IMG/VR virus record: IMGVR_UViG_3300042305_001483
DNA from: a virus
Length of the DNA: 64,000 nucleotides
Strand: one strand, 5' to 3'
Shown here: positions 48,039-58,654 of the stretch, in pieces
How the letters are laid out: each line of letters starts with the position of its first letter
Numbering within the stretch: the stretch's first letter is position 1
Notes under the pieces: generated by a model
Databases searched by the model: none
Told to the model about the DNA's origin: nothing
Seen by the model: only the letters and a program-made list of their open reading frames with translations
Translations under genes and position numbers: made by a program

Positions 48039-50711
48039 ATGAGTTACGTTGATGCTATCTGGGATAGAGAAAAGGACACCGTTTTTGTTGTTGAACGAGA
48101 CAATAAGAAAGGCAGAATTTATCAAGAATATCCTGCAAGATATATTTTTTATTACCCCGATACAAAAGGGAAACACCGATCAATATACGGAGAAAGTCTA
48201 AGTCGTGTATTGTGCAAGAATTACAAAGACTTTCAAAAAGAACAACGAGTTTATAGCAATCATAAACTTTTTGAACATGACATTAATCCAATCTTTAGAA
48301 CATTAGAAGAAAACTATTTAGGTCGAGATGCACCAAAATTACATGCAGCATTTTTTGACATCGAAGTAGATTTTGATCCCGAAAGAGGATACGCTAGTCC
48401 AGATGATGCATTTATGCCAATAACGGCAATTACTGTATGTCTTCAATGGCTTGATGTCTTAGTAACACTAGCAGTTCCACCAAAAACACTAACTATCAGT
48501 CAAGCAACCGAATTAGTTAAAGACTTCCCCAACACTCACTTGTTCGAAACTGAAGGTGAAATGTTAGAAATGTTCTTACAATTAATTGAAGATGCAGATG
48601 TGTTAAGCGGATGGAACAGCGAAGGTTTTGATATTCCTTATACTGTTAATAGAGTTGCAAAAGTTTTAAGTAAAGACGACACTAGAAGTTTCTGCTTATG
48701 GAATAAGTTTCCTAAAAAGCGTGAATATGAAAAATTTGGTAAAGCCGCAACTACTTACGACTTAGTCGGTCGTGTACATATGGACAGTCTCGAACTATAT
48801 CGCAAGTATACATATGAAGAACGACATAGTTATAGATTAGATGCTATCGCTGAATACGAATTAGGTGAAACTAAAACAGTTTACGAAGGAACCCTAGATC
48901 AGTTATATAACAATGACTTTCGAAAGTTTATAGAATATAACAGACAGGACGTTTCTCTGTTAGATAAACTAGATAAAAAATTAAAATTTTTAGATCTAGC
49001 CAATACAATTGCACACGAAAATACAGTTTTGCTACAAACAACACTCGGGGCTGTTGCTGTCACTGAACAGGCTATTATTAATGAATCACATCAGAGAGGA
49101 TTGATTGTTCCTAGCAGATCAAACAGAGACGAATTAGGAGATACACAAGCCGCAGGTGCATATGTTGCATACCCTAAAAAAGGTCTTCACGACTGGATAG
49201 GATCAATGGACATTAACAGTCTATACCCTTCAGTAATTCGTGCGTTAAACATGGGTCCAGAAACTATTGTAGGACAATTAAGACCTGTAAAAACTGATCA
49301 ATTTATACATGAGCAAATGAATTTGCATAAAAAATCGTTTGCAGCAGCATGGGAAGGTATGTTTGGTACATTTGAGTATGAGGCTGTCATGCGGCAAGAT
49401 CGAGCATTTGAAATTACGTTAGATTTAGAAAACGGAGAGACTCATATTTTAAGTGCGGCTCAAGTTTATCAACTTATTTTTGAAAATAATAAGCCATGGA
49501 TGTTAAGTGCTAACGGAACAATTTTTAGTTACGAAAACGAAGGTATTATTCCCGGATTGCTAAAAAGATGGTATTCAGAACGTAAAGAGTTACAGGCTAA
49601 ATTAAAGGAAGCAATTAAAGCCGAAAATAAAATTGAAGAAGAATATTGGGATAAAAGACAACTAGTTAAAAAGATTAATCTAAACAGTTTATACGGAGCC
49701 ATTCTTAATGTCGGATGTAGATTTTTTGATAAAAGAATTGGTCAGAGCACTACGTTAACTGGAAGACAAATTGCCAAGCACATGGCTAGCAAAATTAATG
49801 AAGTAATTACTGGAGAATACGATCACACTGGAAAGAGCATCATTTATGGTGATACTGACTCTGCTTACTTCAGTGCATACAGTACATTAAAAATTGACAT
49901 TCAGAAAAACTTAGTCCCCTGGGATAAAGATATTGTTATTCAACTTTATAACACTATTGCAGAAACAGTTAATGCCACTTTTCCTCATTTTATGCAAGAT
50001 TCATTTCATTGTCCAAAATCTAGAGGAGAAGTAATTAAAGCAGGTAGAGAAATTGTTGCCAGTAAAGGCCTCTTTATTACAAAGAAAAGGTATGCTGTTC
50101 TTTATTACGACAAAGAAGGTAAAAGACTAGACGTCGACGGTAAACCTGGTAAAATTAAAGCAATGGGATTAGACTTAAAACGTGCAGATACTCCAGAATT
50201 TATGCAGATATTTTTAGAAGAAATTTTAACCAAGGTACTAAACGGTGCTCAAGAAAAAGAAATATTGGAGAGAATTAGTGAGTTCAGAACAGAATTTAAA
50301 ACTCGCCCAGGATGGGAAAAAGGTTCGCCCAAACGAGCCAACAACATTACAGAATACGAAGATAAAGAGAAGAAGGCTGGCAAGGCAAATATGCCTGGTC
50401 ATGTCCGAGCAAGTATTAATTGGAATACGCTCCGTAAGATGAATGGTGACAAATATTCTATAGGAATCGTTGATGGAATGAAAGTCATCGTCTGCAAAAT
50501 GAAAGATAATCCCCTAGGATTTACCAGTGTTGCATATCCTGTAGACGAACTTAGACTACCTAAATGGTTTCAAGAATTACCGTTTGATCATGCAGAAATG
50601 GAAGCCACAATTATTAACAACAAATTAGACAACCTAATTGGTGTTTTAGAGTGGGACCTAAACTCAACTAAAGATGATAATATGTTCGGAAAATTGTTTT
50701 CCTTTAATTAA
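48039..50711 (+). CDS. family B DNA polymerase (T4 gp43-like)
   Basis: DIEVD exonuclease motif, DINSLYPS, KINLNSLYG, YGDTDS, KKRY; C-terminal LFSF clamp-binding-like tail. Confidence 0.97.
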   Translation: MSYVDAIWDREKDTVFVVERDNKKGRIYQEYPARYIFYYPDTKGKHRSIYGESLSRVLCKNYKDFQKEQRVYSNHKLFEHDINPIFRTLEENYLGRDAPKLHAAFFDIEVDFDPERGYASPDDAFMPITAITVCLQWLDVLVTLAVPPKTLTISQATELVKDFPNTHLFETEGEMLEMFLQLIEDADVLSGWNSEGFDIPYTVNRVAKVLSKDDTRSFCLWNKFPKKREYEKFGKAATTYDLVGRVHMDSLELYRKYTYEERHSYRLDAIAEYELGETKTVYEGTLDQLYNNDFRKFIEYNRQDVSLLDKLDKKLKFLDLANTIAHENTVLLQTTLGAVAVTEQAIINESHQRGLIVPSRSNRDELGDTQAAGAYVAYPKKGLHDWIGSMDINSLYPSVIRALNMGPETIVGQLRPVKTDQFIHEQMNLHKKSFAAAWEGMFGTFEYEAVMRQDRAFEITLDLENGETHILSAAQVYQLIFENNKPWMLSANGTIFSYENEGIIPGLLKRWYSERKELQAKLKEAIKAENKIEEEYWDKRQLVKKINLNSLYGAILNVGCRFFDKRIGQSTTLTGRQIAKHMASKINEVITGEYDHTGKSIIYGDTDSAYFSAYSTLKIDIQKNLVPWDKDIVIQLYNTIAETVNATFPHFMQDSFHCPKSRGEVIKAGREIVASKGLFITKKRYAVLYYDKEGKRLDVDGKPGKIKAMGLDLKRADTPEFMQIFLEEILTKVLNGAQEKEILERISEFRTEFKTRPGWEKGSPKRANNITEYEDKEKKAGKANMPGHVRASINWNTLRKMNGDKYSIGIVDGMKVIVCKMKDNPLGFTSVAYPVDELRLPKWFQELPFDHAEMEATIINNKLDNLIGVLEWDLNSTKDDNMFGKLFSFN

Positions 50712-50720
50712 AAAAAATTG

Positions 50721-50749
50721 TTGACTTTTATCATTAACCTAAATAAAAT
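50721..50749 (+). promoter_or_regulatory. sigma70-type promoter overlapping TAAATA
   Basis: TTGACT-17-TAAAAT. Confidence 0.65.
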
Positions 50750-50766
50750 AACAGAAAGGATTTTAT

Positions 50767-51501
50767 ATGAAAGATATTTTACAAGACATTGTTAGTCACA
50801 CACACAGCCTGGGATTCCTTAATATTGTTAGGGTAACCGGCACAGATGAAAAAACACAAATCGACAGCATGGCCGATGATCGAACTGTTATCATGTTTGC
50901 AGAAACATCTAATCCGTACGAAGACATGATCGGAGTATTTGGAATGGCACAAATGAATAAACTAAAATATTTGTTAGATTGCCCCGAATATAAAGAAGGT
51001 GCAAAAATTGAAGTAGTCAAAACTGACAAAAACGGAGAAACTTTTCCATCCGGACTACTTTTTGAAAATGCTTTAAAAGATTTTAAAAACGATTATCGTT
51101 TTATGAATTCCGAAGTTATTAATATTAAACTTCAAACAGTTAAATTTAGAGGCGTTAAGTGGGATGTCGAAGTTCAACCAAGCATTGCTAGTGTACAAAG
51201 ATTTGCATTCCAAGCAGCAGCAAATAGCGAACATGCTACATTTTTAACAAAAACTGACAGCAATAATTTAAAATTTATTTTCGGTGATGCAGCAAGTCAC
51301 GGTGGTGAATTTATTTTCGCACAAAATGTCACAGGTAGTCTAAACAAAAATTGGTCTTGGCCTGTGTTACAGGTATTGAGCATACTCAAAGCATCCGATG
51401 TTAACAATTGCAAAATGAGTATCAGCAATGAAGGTGCTCTACAAATTACACTGGACAGCGGCCTAGCAACTTACAAATATATTATTCCAGCATTGACATG
51501 A
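50767..51501 (+). CDS. putative sliding clamp (gp45/PCNA-like)
   Basis: Size, position after polB, C-terminal YIIPA; clamp loader present in window. Confidence 0.55.
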   Translation: MKDILQDIVSHTHSLGFLNIVRVTGTDEKTQIDSMADDRTVIMFAETSNPYEDMIGVFGMAQMNKLKYLLDCPEYKEGAKIEVVKTDKNGETFPSGLLFENALKDFKNDYRFMNSEVINIKLQTVKFRGVKWDVEVQPSIASVQRFAFQAAANSEHATFLTKTDSNNLKFIFGDAASHGGEFIFAQNVTGSLNKNWSWPVLQVLSILKASDVNNCKMSISNEGALQITLDSGLATYKYIIPALT

Positions 51502-51854
51502 TTACAAGTCTATCATCTGGAAAATACATAACTGTTAACGGCTCTTCTGGATCGTATTATAATAATTCTTCTCAGACGTTTACAGGCATGTTACGCTATC
51601 ATAGCGGCGGACGAGTTGAAGTTTTTGATGGTACTTCTTGGATGCAGGTTAATTCAAATCAATTTGTAGATTTAAGCCCAGATACTCAAATAATTATAGA
51701 ATGGGCAAGAAGTAAGATGATAGAAGATCAAGAATTAGAAAAACTAAGCCAAGAACATCCTGCTGTTAAAGCCGCATATGAAAATTTAAATCATGCAAAA
51801 GAACAGTTAAAAGCAACAATTATATTGAGTAAAGATGAAGAAACCACCAGTTAA
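51498..51854 (+). CDS. hypothetical protein
   Basis: ATGA overlap. Confidence 0.75.
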   Translation: MITSLSSGKYITVNGSSGSYYNNSSQTFTGMLRYHSGGRVEVFDGTSWMQVNSNQFVDLSPDTQIIIEWARSKMIEDQELEKLSQEHPAVKAAYENLNHAKEQLKATIILSKDEETTS

Positions 51855-53388
51855 CTTAACCCCATTACAAAAAGACTATGCTGTATATTTGCCAGCTATT
51901 AGTAGTTTCTACAGTACCTATGTTGCCAAGCAACGCCTAGAAGAATTTGTTCCTAAAGATCGAATTCCTAAAGGATTTGATCGCGGTATTGAGGGAATGA
52001 ATTTCTTAAATGAAGAACAAGGATACTTTACCTACAAATATGCTCTTTATTCAGCAGGCCATGCACAATTAGATCTTCAAAAAAGTCTAGAACAAGAGTC
52101 TATGATTCAACAACGTGATCGTGGACAAACTATGATTTTAGGAGATTCTGGTGGATACCAGATTGGTAAAGGTGTTCTTAAATTTGATTGGTTAAATTTT
52201 GAAGGTGCAGAAGCAAATAAAACACGTCAAAAAATTCTAGAATGGCTAGAACTAACTGCTGACTGGTCTATGATGTTAGACGTTCCAACTTGGGCCTGTG
52301 ATCATATACACAGTCCTAAAACTGGACTAAAGACATTTGAAGATTGTCTAGAAAAAACACGTTTCAATAACGATTACTTTCTTAAGAATCGCTTAGGTCA
52401 AACTAAATGGCTAAATGTTCTACAGGGATCAGATTGGGATACTGCGGAACAATGGTACAATGGTGTAAAAGAATTTAGTGACTCCACAGGTCAGTACGCT
52501 GGCAAAGAAGCAGAAGGGTGGGCCTTTGGTGGTGCTAATATGTGTAAGATGGACATTACTCTTAAAAGATTAATGACCATGAGGGAAGATGGAATGCTGA
52601 AAGGCAAAAATTGGATCCACTTCCTGGGCACTGCTCAATTAGATTGGAGTTGTTATCTTACATTAATCCAAAGACAACTAAGGAAACATATCAATGAAGA
52701 AGTTACCATATCTTTTGATTGCGCCTCACCGTTTATCGCAACTGCACACGGGCTTGTCTACACAGACAGTTCACACCAAGCCAAAAGGTGGAGTGTTATT
52801 ATGGACAAAGCACCAGATAACAAATCACTTTCAAAATCAGACATCCCATTCCCATGGAAATCAGAAATCGCTGATAGGTTAACTATGGGAGACATTTGCT
52901 GGTATGCTCCGGGAATGTTAAACAAAGTAGGTAAAGAAGGTAAAACTTCTTGGGATAGTTTTGCTTACGCTCTAATGATGGGCCATAATGTTTATTGCCA
53001 TATTGCAGCAGTGCAAAAAGCACAACAATTAATGGACATCGAATCTGCAAGATTTAATCCAAATTGGAGATTGTCGGGAATCGAAGGTAAAAAAGAAAAA
53101 GAATATAGCGAATGGGTTCCAAATCGAATACTTTACTTTAAAAACTTTTTAGATGAATTGTTTTCCACAAATACTAAAAAAGAAGCATTTGATCTAATTG
53201 AACAAGCATTGCCATTTATAAAAAGTTTGGAAGGCGCTAGACTACAAGGCGGTCCTGCTCAAAACAATTTTAGAGTTTTATTTAAATCTAGCGAAATTAA
53301 AAAAGAAGAAATTGATCTTGCTAACCCAGATGACGACGAATTAAGAGCCTTAGAAGAAAGTATTACAGGAGAATTAAATGCCTCGTAA
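51835..53388 (+). CDS. TGT-fold guanine transglycosylase (DpdA-like, DNA 7-deazaguanine insertion)
   Basis: GDSGGYQ, MLDVP, VLQG, AFGG, HFLG, SFDCAS; queD and queE in window. Confidence 0.8.
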   Translation: MKKPPVNLTPLQKDYAVYLPAISSFYSTYVAKQRLEEFVPKDRIPKGFDRGIEGMNFLNEEQGYFTYKYALYSAGHAQLDLQKSLEQESMIQQRDRGQTMILGDSGGYQIGKGVLKFDWLNFEGAEANKTRQKILEWLELTADWSMMLDVPTWACDHIHSPKTGLKTFEDCLEKTRFNNDYFLKNRLGQTKWLNVLQGSDWDTAEQWYNGVKEFSDSTGQYAGKEAEGWAFGGANMCKMDITLKRLMTMREDGMLKGKNWIHFLGTAQLDWSCYLTLIQRQLRKHINEEVTISFDCASPFIATAHGLVYTDSSHQAKRWSVIMDKAPDNKSLSKSDIPFPWKSEIADRLTMGDICWYAPGMLNKVGKEGKTSWDSFAYALMMGHNVYCHIAAVQKAQQLMDIESARFNPNWRLSGIEGKKEKEYSEWVPNRILYFKNFLDELFSTNTKKEAFDLIEQALPFIKSLEGARLQGGPAQNNFRVLFKSSEIKKEEIDLANPDDDELRALEESITGELNAS

Positions 53389-53590
53389 AAAAGAAACAGT
53401 AAAAGAAAAAGATGTAAAATGGCCCAAAATTATTCAAGGTAGTCATAGTACCAGAACCGAATATGAAGATGGTCGAGTAGAATTCGTTACAGATTGGGAT
53501 GCTCTTCAAAAAGATGTTCATAATGCATTGACAGAATATGAAAATTCCGTTAAACTAAAAAAGTCAAAAACTTCAAAAGTTAAAAAATGA
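53378..53590 (+). CDS. hypothetical protein
   Basis: AGGAG SD. Confidence 0.7.
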   Translation: MPRKKETVKEKDVKWPKIIQGSHSTRTEYEDGRVEFVTDWDALQKDVHNALTEYENSVKLKKSKTSKVKK

Positions 53591-54099
53591 AAAGAAATTA
53601 CGCATCTGGTGTTAACGAAAACATTGTTTTCTTTACTGGCAAAGAAGTAGAACGGACTCCAGCATACGGAATGACTACATTATTTGTAGTAGGTATTCAA
53701 TCCGTAGAATCTATTGCACTTAAAATGCAAGGTTGTGAGCATATCTTCTTTGGTGCTAACCATAGTTATAATCCTCAAACTTATGACGAACATAAGGCTT
53801 GGGAAGAAATGATCCAATTTTTCCTTGATAGAGATTATCTATGCAGTCTTGATATTCCGATGAATCAAGTCGAAGAATTTCATGAAGGTGGTCTTTGCGA
53901 ATATGATAATTTTATTCCGCAAATTCGTGTACCAATTCCGTATATTAAACTTTGGAATTACAATACGATGCTCAAAATTGATGACAAAGGTTTTAATTCA
54001 ACTAACCCCGGTGTGTGGTCACACAGTCTACATACACTAATGGATCGTAGTAAATTTACAGACTGGAATCAATATAATAAGGACAACGTGCTTCAATGA
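53587..54099 (+). CDS. conserved hypothetical protein in the deazaguanine cluster
   Basis: FTG.EVE.TP, HIFFGANHS, KIDD..F..TNPGVW. Confidence 0.75.
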   Translation: MKRNYASGVNENIVFFTGKEVERTPAYGMTTLFVVGIQSVESIALKMQGCEHIFFGANHSYNPQTYDEHKAWEEMIQFFLDRDYLCSLDIPMNQVEEFHEGGLCEYDNFIPQIRVPIPYIKLWNYNTMLKIDDKGFNSTNPGVWSHSLHTLMDRSKFTDWNQYNKDNVLQ

Positions 54100-54482
54100 A
54101 TACCGAACAATCCATGATTTGGGTAACTTTCCAAAAAGAAGGCATTCATCATTATCCAGACGCTAGGTTTAATCCTAAACTAGTTACTAATGATGAATAT
54201 GATGTAAGTTTTTTAGGTTATCCACATAGACACATTTTTCATTTCAAAGTATATATCCAAGTTCATCACGATGATCGTGATATTGAATTTATTCAATTTA
54301 AACGTTGGCTCGAAAGCCTATACAACGAAGGCACACTCGAACTCAACCACAAATCCTGCGAAATGATTGCAAGAGATCTTCATGCAACCATTAACGCAAG
54401 ATACCCAGTCCGAGAGGTCTGGATTAGTGTAAGTGAAGACAACGAAAATGGTTGCTTCATTAAATTTCCATCAACCCTTTAA
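54096..54482 (+). CDS. QueD-like T-fold protein (second copy)
   Basis: EGIH…HRHIFH…SCEMIA…VSED. Confidence 0.65.
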   Translation: MNTEQSMIWVTFQKEGIHHYPDARFNPKLVTNDEYDVSFLGYPHRHIFHFKVYIQVHHDDRDIEFIQFKRWLESLYNEGTLELNHKSCEMIARDLHATINARYPVREVWISVSEDNENGCFIKFPSTL

Positions 54483-54499
54483 TTTAAGGTATTTTTAAA

Positions 54500-54703
54500 A
54501 TGGCATTGTCTCCTAACGTTCAACGCACTCTTGTTATGAAGCCCGAAGTGACTAAGATCTTCGATGATCTTGAAGCGTGGCTCGATCATTGTCGGTTTAA
54601 TCTGCTCAAGTATGACGAGAGAGATCTTTACAAATCCCCCGAATACAAAGCATGGGCTAAGGAAAAAGGAAAAAAGACAAAAAGTTATAAGAGACATTCA
54701 TAA
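54500..54703 (+). CDS. hypothetical protein
   Basis: AAGGT SD; ORF. Confidence 0.7.
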   Translation: MALSPNVQRTLVMKPEVTKIFDDLEAWLDHCRFNLLKYDERDLYKSPEYKAWAKEKGKKTKSYKRHS

Positions 54704-54704
54704 T

Positions 54705-54733
54705 AAAAAAGCCGCATTATGCGGCTTTTTTTT
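54705..54733. terminator. bidirectional intrinsic terminator
   Basis: A6-gccgcat-t-atgcggc-T8 between convergent genes. Confidence 0.9.
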
Positions 54734-55577
54734 AGATCTTTTCTTTTGGAACCCAAAATCTATCCATCTTTTTAGGTACTACTTGCCAATCTCTACCCAG
54801 TACTGTACCATCATTAAGTGTTTGAACATAATCAATATCATTCATATATTCACACAGTTCTTGTGCAGTATAACCAGCACGTAAACATTGTTTTTCTACC
54901 ATTTCTGTTTGAATAACAGGCCTATCTCTATCGATCAAAGTCCTAGCACCTTTAATAACAGGCAATTCCCATCCTTCAACATCGATTTTGATTCCATCAA
55001 CTTCTGTAAATCCAAAACTATCTAATGTTTTAACTTCGACTGAATATTTAATTTTTTCAACTTTTGGTTCTCGACGTTTTGCCCATCCACTTTTAGTCAA
55101 CTGCATTTCTCCTTCTGGGACAATATGATTATGGCCAGCATTTCTTGGATGACAATACATTTCAGTATTGTATGCTTTATCACTAAGTGCATATGGAAAA
55201 ATTTCAACTTTCCCCACAGGCGCTAAACTTGCCCAAGAATCATCTGCTAATTTATACCATCCGTCGCTGTCAATAAATGTAGATTGATTATGTTGTAAGT
55301 TTTCTTCAAACCAACTTCTTACCCAAGGTGTAGGTTCAAAACTTTTTACTTGTTTTGCCCATGTTGCATATTCAATAGTGTTATTTCCAATATTTGCACC
55401 AACATCGATCAATGTTCTTGCATTTTTAGTTAGATCTCTGAATCTTCGTAAATTACTAATTTGATAACCTCTTCCTGCCAATCTTTGAAGGTATAATGTA
55501 TCCTGGTCTTCTAAAATAAATTTTCTTCCTATGCGATTGGTAATATAAGTAGTTGCGGGACTATAAACTTGTGTCAT
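54732..55577 (-). CDS. FkbM-family methyltransferase
   Basis: IDVGANIG, FEP, TLDS, IKIDVEGWE; minus-strand TAAATA at 55603-08. Confidence 0.9.
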   Translation of the reverse strand: MTQVYSPATTYITNRIGRKFILEDQDTLYLQRLAGRGYQISNLRRFRDLTKNARTLIDVGANIGNNTIEYATWAKQVKSFEPTPWVRSWFEENLQHNQSTFIDSDGWYKLADDSWASLAPVGKVEIFPYALSDKAYNTEMYCHPRNAGHNHIVPEGEMQLTKSGWAKRREPKVEKIKYSVEVKTLDSFGFTEVDGIKIDVEGWELPVIKGARTLIDRDRPVIQTEMVEKQCLRAGYTAQELCEYMNDIDYVQTLNDGTVLGRDWQVVPKKMDRFWVPKEKI

Positions 55578-55640
55578 ATAATATCCTTAAAATTGTTGAA
55601 GATATTTATGACACAATTTTTTTAAAGTAAGGATTCGTGA

Positions 55641-56714
55641 ATGTCAATTTATATAATAGATCTAGAACCGGTTGAATCTAGATACACAGCACAATGGAAA
55701 GATCATGTACCAGAACTTCTTAAAAAAACAGGACATCAAATTCAAGTTATTAGTGGCCCTAAAGATATTCCTAATGCCACTACTCCTGGTGCCTTTCTTA
55801 ATTTTGGGGGGACTAATGTTTATAAGTCTAGCCAAGTTGAGCAACTGGGTCGTTTATTTTGCGCCGGAGCAATTAAGTCTGGTGATCATTTTCTGTTTAC
55901 TGATGCTTGGCATCCTGGTATCATAAACTTAAAATACATGAGTGAACTTCTTAACATCCCAGTTAAGATTCACGCTCTGTGGCATGCCGGTAGTTATGAT
56001 CCACATGATTTCTTAGGCCGACTTATCAATGATGCACCATGGGTTAGACATGCCGAAAAAAGTTTTTTTCATGCCATCGATCATAACTATTTTGCAACTA
56101 AATTCCATATTGAAATGTTCATGGAAAATCTTTTAGGAGTAGATTTTAGAACAGGTGCGATGAGATACATGGAAAATAAAAATATCATCAGGTCTGGCTG
56201 GCCTATGGAATATATGGAAAAAACACTTGAGCCTTTTAAAGGTCTCACAAAGAAAAATCAAATTGTTTTCCCTCATCGAATTGCTCCAGAAAAACAAGTA
56301 GAAATTTTTAGAGATCTTGCCAAACATTTACCACAGTACAATTTTGTAGTTTGCCAAGATCAACAACTAACAAAAGACGAATATCATAAAATTTTAGGCG
56401 AATCTAAAATAGTATTCAGTTGCAGTCTACAAGAAACACTAGGTATAGGCTGTTATGAAGGTGCGTTAGTGGGTGCAATCCCAATGGTTCCAGATCGGCT
56501 TTCCTATAAAGAAATGTATTACGAAGGGTTTAAATACCCTAGCCAATGGACCGAATCTTGGAAGTCTTATGAAATTCACCGACGAGAAATTTGCTTTTCT
56601 ATAATTAGATTTATTGACAACTACGATAAACATCTTGTTTATCTAGAAAAACAGGCAACAGATCTTACAAATTATTTTTTCAGTGCAAATTCGTTATTGG
56701 AGAATTTTAAATGA
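55641..56714 (+). CDS. GT-B glycosyltransferase (GT4-like)
   Basis: HRIAPEKQ, QETLGI…EG, P…SY.E. Confidence 0.8.
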   Translation: MSIYIIDLEPVESRYTAQWKDHVPELLKKTGHQIQVISGPKDIPNATTPGAFLNFGGTNVYKSSQVEQLGRLFCAGAIKSGDHFLFTDAWHPGIINLKYMSELLNIPVKIHALWHAGSYDPHDFLGRLINDAPWVRHAEKSFFHAIDHNYFATKFHIEMFMENLLGVDFRTGAMRYMENKNIIRSGWPMEYMEKTLEPFKGLTKKNQIVFPHRIAPEKQVEIFRDLAKHLPQYNFVVCQDQQLTKDEYHKILGESKIVFSCSLQETLGIGCYEGALVGAIPMVPDRLSYKEMYYEGFKYPSQWTESWKSYEIHRREICFSIIRFIDNYDKHLVYLEKQATDLTNYFFSANSLLENFK

Positions 56715-57184
56715 AATGGTTACTAAATATTCTTGAAAAGAATAATCGAAAAAGAATTGTATTGGATAGACAATCAAATGAACCATATCTCGAACGCTAT
56801 TATCTATTTCTCCGCGACAGAAAATGGTTTCCTTTCAATGTGTTCTTGCACAAGTTTCTTAAGTCAGACCCCGATGATGTGCATGATCATCCATGGCCTT
56901 ACGCTACTTTAATTCTCAAGGGTGGTTACTACGAATGGGTTCCACAATTTAATTCTACTGGAAAAAAGATTGGCGAAATACGTCATTGGAGGGGACCCGG
57001 TCATTTTCGTGTATGCCGGTCTACTTCGTATCATCGCATCGAACTTGCCGAAGGAGTAGAATGCTGGACAATGTTTATGCCAGGACCTCAACGTCGCGAA
57101 TGGGGGTTCTTAATTCCAGGACAAGAACATGATCGTTGGGTACACAACAACGTATACTTAAAACATAAATCAAAAAATGGATAA
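56711..57184 (+). CDS. cupin-fold protein
   Basis: HDHPW…GGYYE…HRI…WT. Confidence 0.7.
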   Translation: MKWLLNILEKNNRKRIVLDRQSNEPYLERYYLFLRDRKWFPFNVFLHKFLKSDPDDVHDHPWPYATLILKGGYYEWVPQFNSTGKKIGEIRHWRGPGHFRVCRSTSYHRIELAEGVECWTMFMPGPQRREWGFLIPGQEHDRWVHNNVYLKHKSKNG

Positions 57185-57551
57185 AAATAAAGAATTAGAA
57201 ACTGCCGATGTCCCTTGGACAAATCCCATTAACGAAGATTATCATGTCACTGTTTACCGAGATGGATATCCTGTTTCTCTCGGACACCTGTTGTTCGTTC
57301 CCAATTACAACACTCCAGAAGTTATTCAAGATGCATTTTACGATGCATATAAGGCAGGACTAGAATTAGTAAAGTCTGGAAAGGCAGATGGGTTTAACAT
57401 TGGGTTTAATTTTGGTAGTGCCGCAGGACAAACTGTAATGTATCCTCATGTGCATTTAATTCCTAGATACGAAGGTGATGTTGAAGATCCCGTTGGAGGA
57501 GTAAGAAACGTTATTCCAGGAAAAGGTAATTATAGAAAGTGGCCTAAATGA
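57177..57551 (+). CDS. HIT-family nucleotide hydrolase
   Basis: [20 protein letters not shown]. Confidence 0.92.
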   Translation: MDKNKELETADVPWTNPINEDYHVTVYRDGYPVSLGHLLFVPNYNTPEVIQDAFYDAYKAGLELVKSGKADGFNIGFNFGSAAGQTVMYPHVHLIPRYEGDVEDPVGGVRNVIPGKGNYRKWPK

Positions 57552-58654
57552 GAATCGAAGACGAAATTAAGTTAGATTTTAAAGACGTATTAATTCGCCC
57601 AAAGCGTAGTACACTTAGTAGTCGCAAAGAAGTTGATTTAAATCGCACTTACAAATTTAAACATAGCGGGTGGGAATGGACTGGTGTTCCAATCATGGCT
57701 GCTAACATGGACGGAGTGGGTACTTTTAATATGGCGGAAGCATTGCAAGAACATAAAATGTTTACTTGTCTTGTTAAAAGTTATCTACTGAATGATTTTA
57801 TTTACATGCAAGAACTTATCAATGGTAAGCATTTTGCCGTTAGTACAGGCACCAGTGACAAAGATTGGACCAAATTACAGCAAATTCTAAATACGTATCC
57901 AGAATTACATTTTATATGTATCGATGTAGCAAACGGTTATAGTGAACACTTTGGAGACTTTGTTGCTAAGGTCCGTGCTAGATATCCTACACATACTATT
58001 ATTGCAGGTAATGTAGTTACTGCTGACATGACACAGGAGTTAATTTTACGTGGAGCAGATATTATTAAAGTTGGTATTGGGCCTGGTAGTGTTTGCACTA
58101 CTCGTATTCAGACAGGTGTTGGCTATCCGCAATTATCCGCTATTATTGAATGTGCCGATGCCGCTCATGGTCTTGGTGGACACATCATTGCTGACGGCGG
58201 CTGTACTTGTCCTGGAGATGTAGTCAAAGCATTTGGGGCCGGTGCTGACTTTGTAATGCTAGGCGGTATGCTAGCCGGTCATGATGAAGGTGGTGGGGAA
58301 GTAATTACAAATTATTTTAAAACCAATGAAGTCCTAACCAAAGAATTTGATAAAAATGGTGATTTGCTAATTCATAACTATAAAGTTGAAGTAAAAAAAT
58401 TTGTTGAATTTTATGGCATGAGTAGTGATACTGCAATGGATAAACACCACGGCGGAGTAGCAAGTTATCGTAGTAGTGAGGGTCGCACAGTTACAATTCC
58501 ATATCGAGGAAAAGTGAACGATACTGTATTAGATTTATTAGGCGGGTTAAGAAGTGCTTGTACTTATGTAGGTGCACCTACATTAAAACAACTTAGTAAG
58601 TGTACCACATTTGTGAGAGTAAGCAGACAAATAAACGATGTGTTTGTTAAATAA
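57548..58654 (+). CDS. guaC: GMP reductase
   Basis: [39 protein letters not shown]. Confidence 0.95.
   Translation: MRIEDEIKLDFKDVLIRPKRSTLSSRKEVDLNRTYKFKHSGWEWTGVPIMAANMDGVGTFNMAEALQEHKMFTCLVKSYLLNDFIYMQELINGKHFAVSTGTSDKDWTKLQQILNTYPELHFICIDVANGYSEHFGDFVAKVRARYPTHTIIAGNVVTADMTQELILRGADIIKVGIGPGSVCTTRIQTGVGYPQLSAIIECADAAHGLGGHIIADGGCTCPGDVVKAFGAGADFVMLGGMLAGHDEGGGEVITNYFKTNEVLTKEFDKNGDLLIHNYKVEVKKFVEFYGMSSDTAMDKHHGGVASYRSSEGRTVTIPYRGKVNDTVLDLLGGLRSACTYVGAPTLKQLSKCTTFVRVSRQINDVFVK

Noticed and set aside
48039-50711. Intein or intron in the DNA polymerase
   Set aside because: The ORF is continuous and of ordinary length, with no splicing or homing-endonuclease motifs seen.
54564-54884. Plus-strand 106-aa ORF across the terminator
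   Set aside because: It spans a bidirectional terminator, overlaps two better-supported genes and has no SD.
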